Below, piece after piece: positions 63,045 through 64,000 of a stretch of DNA of 64,000 bases. The position numbers and the translations under genes were made by a program. The DNA is taken from the NCBI GenBank assembly GCA_964016885.1, contig OZ024740.1:269266001-269330000 (forward strand), written 5' to 3'. Numbering within the stretch: position 1 is the first letter of the stretch; each line of letters opens with the position of its first letter. The notes beneath the pieces are model-generated. The model was not told where the DNA came from. It was given only the letters and a program-made list of their open reading frames with translations, and did no database searches. This DNA is from Eledone cirrhosa (taxonomy: Eukaryota).

Positions 63045-63318
63045 TGTCCACACAGTAAAGTTATCATGTAGGTGTCACGACAAAAAACATCCAGCCCACA
63101 CTGTAAAGTGGACGCATTAAAGAAAAGGCAAAAAGCACCCAGCACACACTGTCAATGTGGTTGGCGTTAAGAAGGGCTTCCAGCCATAGAAAACCAGACA
63201 GAAACAGTCCTATATGAACAAGACACGGTCAACTGACTCAACTTGCCTCTCAGTGGGACAAACCTGTCTAACCCATGCTAGCATGGAAGATAGACGTTAA
63301 TCGATGATGATGATGATA
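63045..63318 (+). mobile_element. RTE 3'-UTR-only copy
   Basis: gtaggtgtcacgacaaaaa...ggttggcgttaagaagggc...cccatgctagcatggaag...(GAT)n, flanked by TA runs. Confidence 0.85.
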
Positions 63319-63551
63319 TATATATATATACATACATACATACATACATATAATTATATATATATATGCATATAAACATATATATATATACCGCCTAATC
63401 CATGCTAGCGTGGAAAATGGACGTTAAACGAAGATGATGATGATACATATAAACATATATATATTTATATACATACATATAATTATATATATATATATAC
63501 ATGCATATATTTATGTATATATAAATACACACATACACATATATGTATATA

Positions 63552-63616
<65 letters not shown>

Positions 63617-63797
63617 ATCTCGCTCGCTTTACGTGATTTACTTGTCCCAATAGCTTTATTTAACTATTGCTCGCACCAACTGGAGGCATATGATTTTTAA
63701 AGCGATGAAATACCAATGAAGGTTGGAAAATCACTGATGAAGGACTATTTTTTTCATATGTAACCCATGTGCAACCACGCAGCACTCAATTCTTCTC

Positions 63798-63828
<31 letters not shown>

Positions 63829-64000
63829 GTTATTTTATAATAATTAACTCCGTACTCGCACCACCAACTACGCAATGTGTGAGTTGCATTACATTGAGTG
63901 CTCTCCATAATATTACATCGAGACGGAATGACCAGTTCTATCCAGTGGTGAACCAACAAACCTAAATAAAATATATATATATATACATAATTTATATATA

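Overview
Animal genomic DNA: AT-rich, dense in microsatellites and transposons. The SINE/RTE repertoire looks cephalopod (octopus-like), which is an inference. The whole window is the interior of one host gene on the minus strand. Seven GT-AG exons (43996-44221, 37151-37411, 29717-29787, 24439-24583, 23120-23239, 18063-18185, 10753-10830) splice in consistent phase into a peptide that follows the mid-region of focadhesin (FOCAD/KIAA1797). The introns contain: one nearly intact RTE-clade LINE plus three truncated copies, all with a PHD finger inside the RT; three internally deleted Tx1/L1-clade LINEs sitting in (TAA)n; a compact 4.06-kb Mag-like Gypsy element with 170-bp LTRs and a 5-bp TSD; a decayed R4/Dong-like element; a CRE-like fragment; a non-autonomous Helitron; piggyBac-type MITEs; two tRNA-derived SINE families; Penelope-type hammerhead motifs; minisatellites; and long hairpins. 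Most notable: (1) the Gypsy element has no tRNA primer-binding site but has a perfect 13-nt complement to its own LTR, suggesting self-priming, together with a YIDN RT motif; (2) the PHD finger embedded in the RTE reverse transcriptase; (3) apparent partitioning of microsatellite targets between retroelement families; (4) inverted LINE pairs bracketing FOCAD exons, an architecture that favours circRNA and RNA editing. Family and gene assignments are from motif recognition, not database searches.
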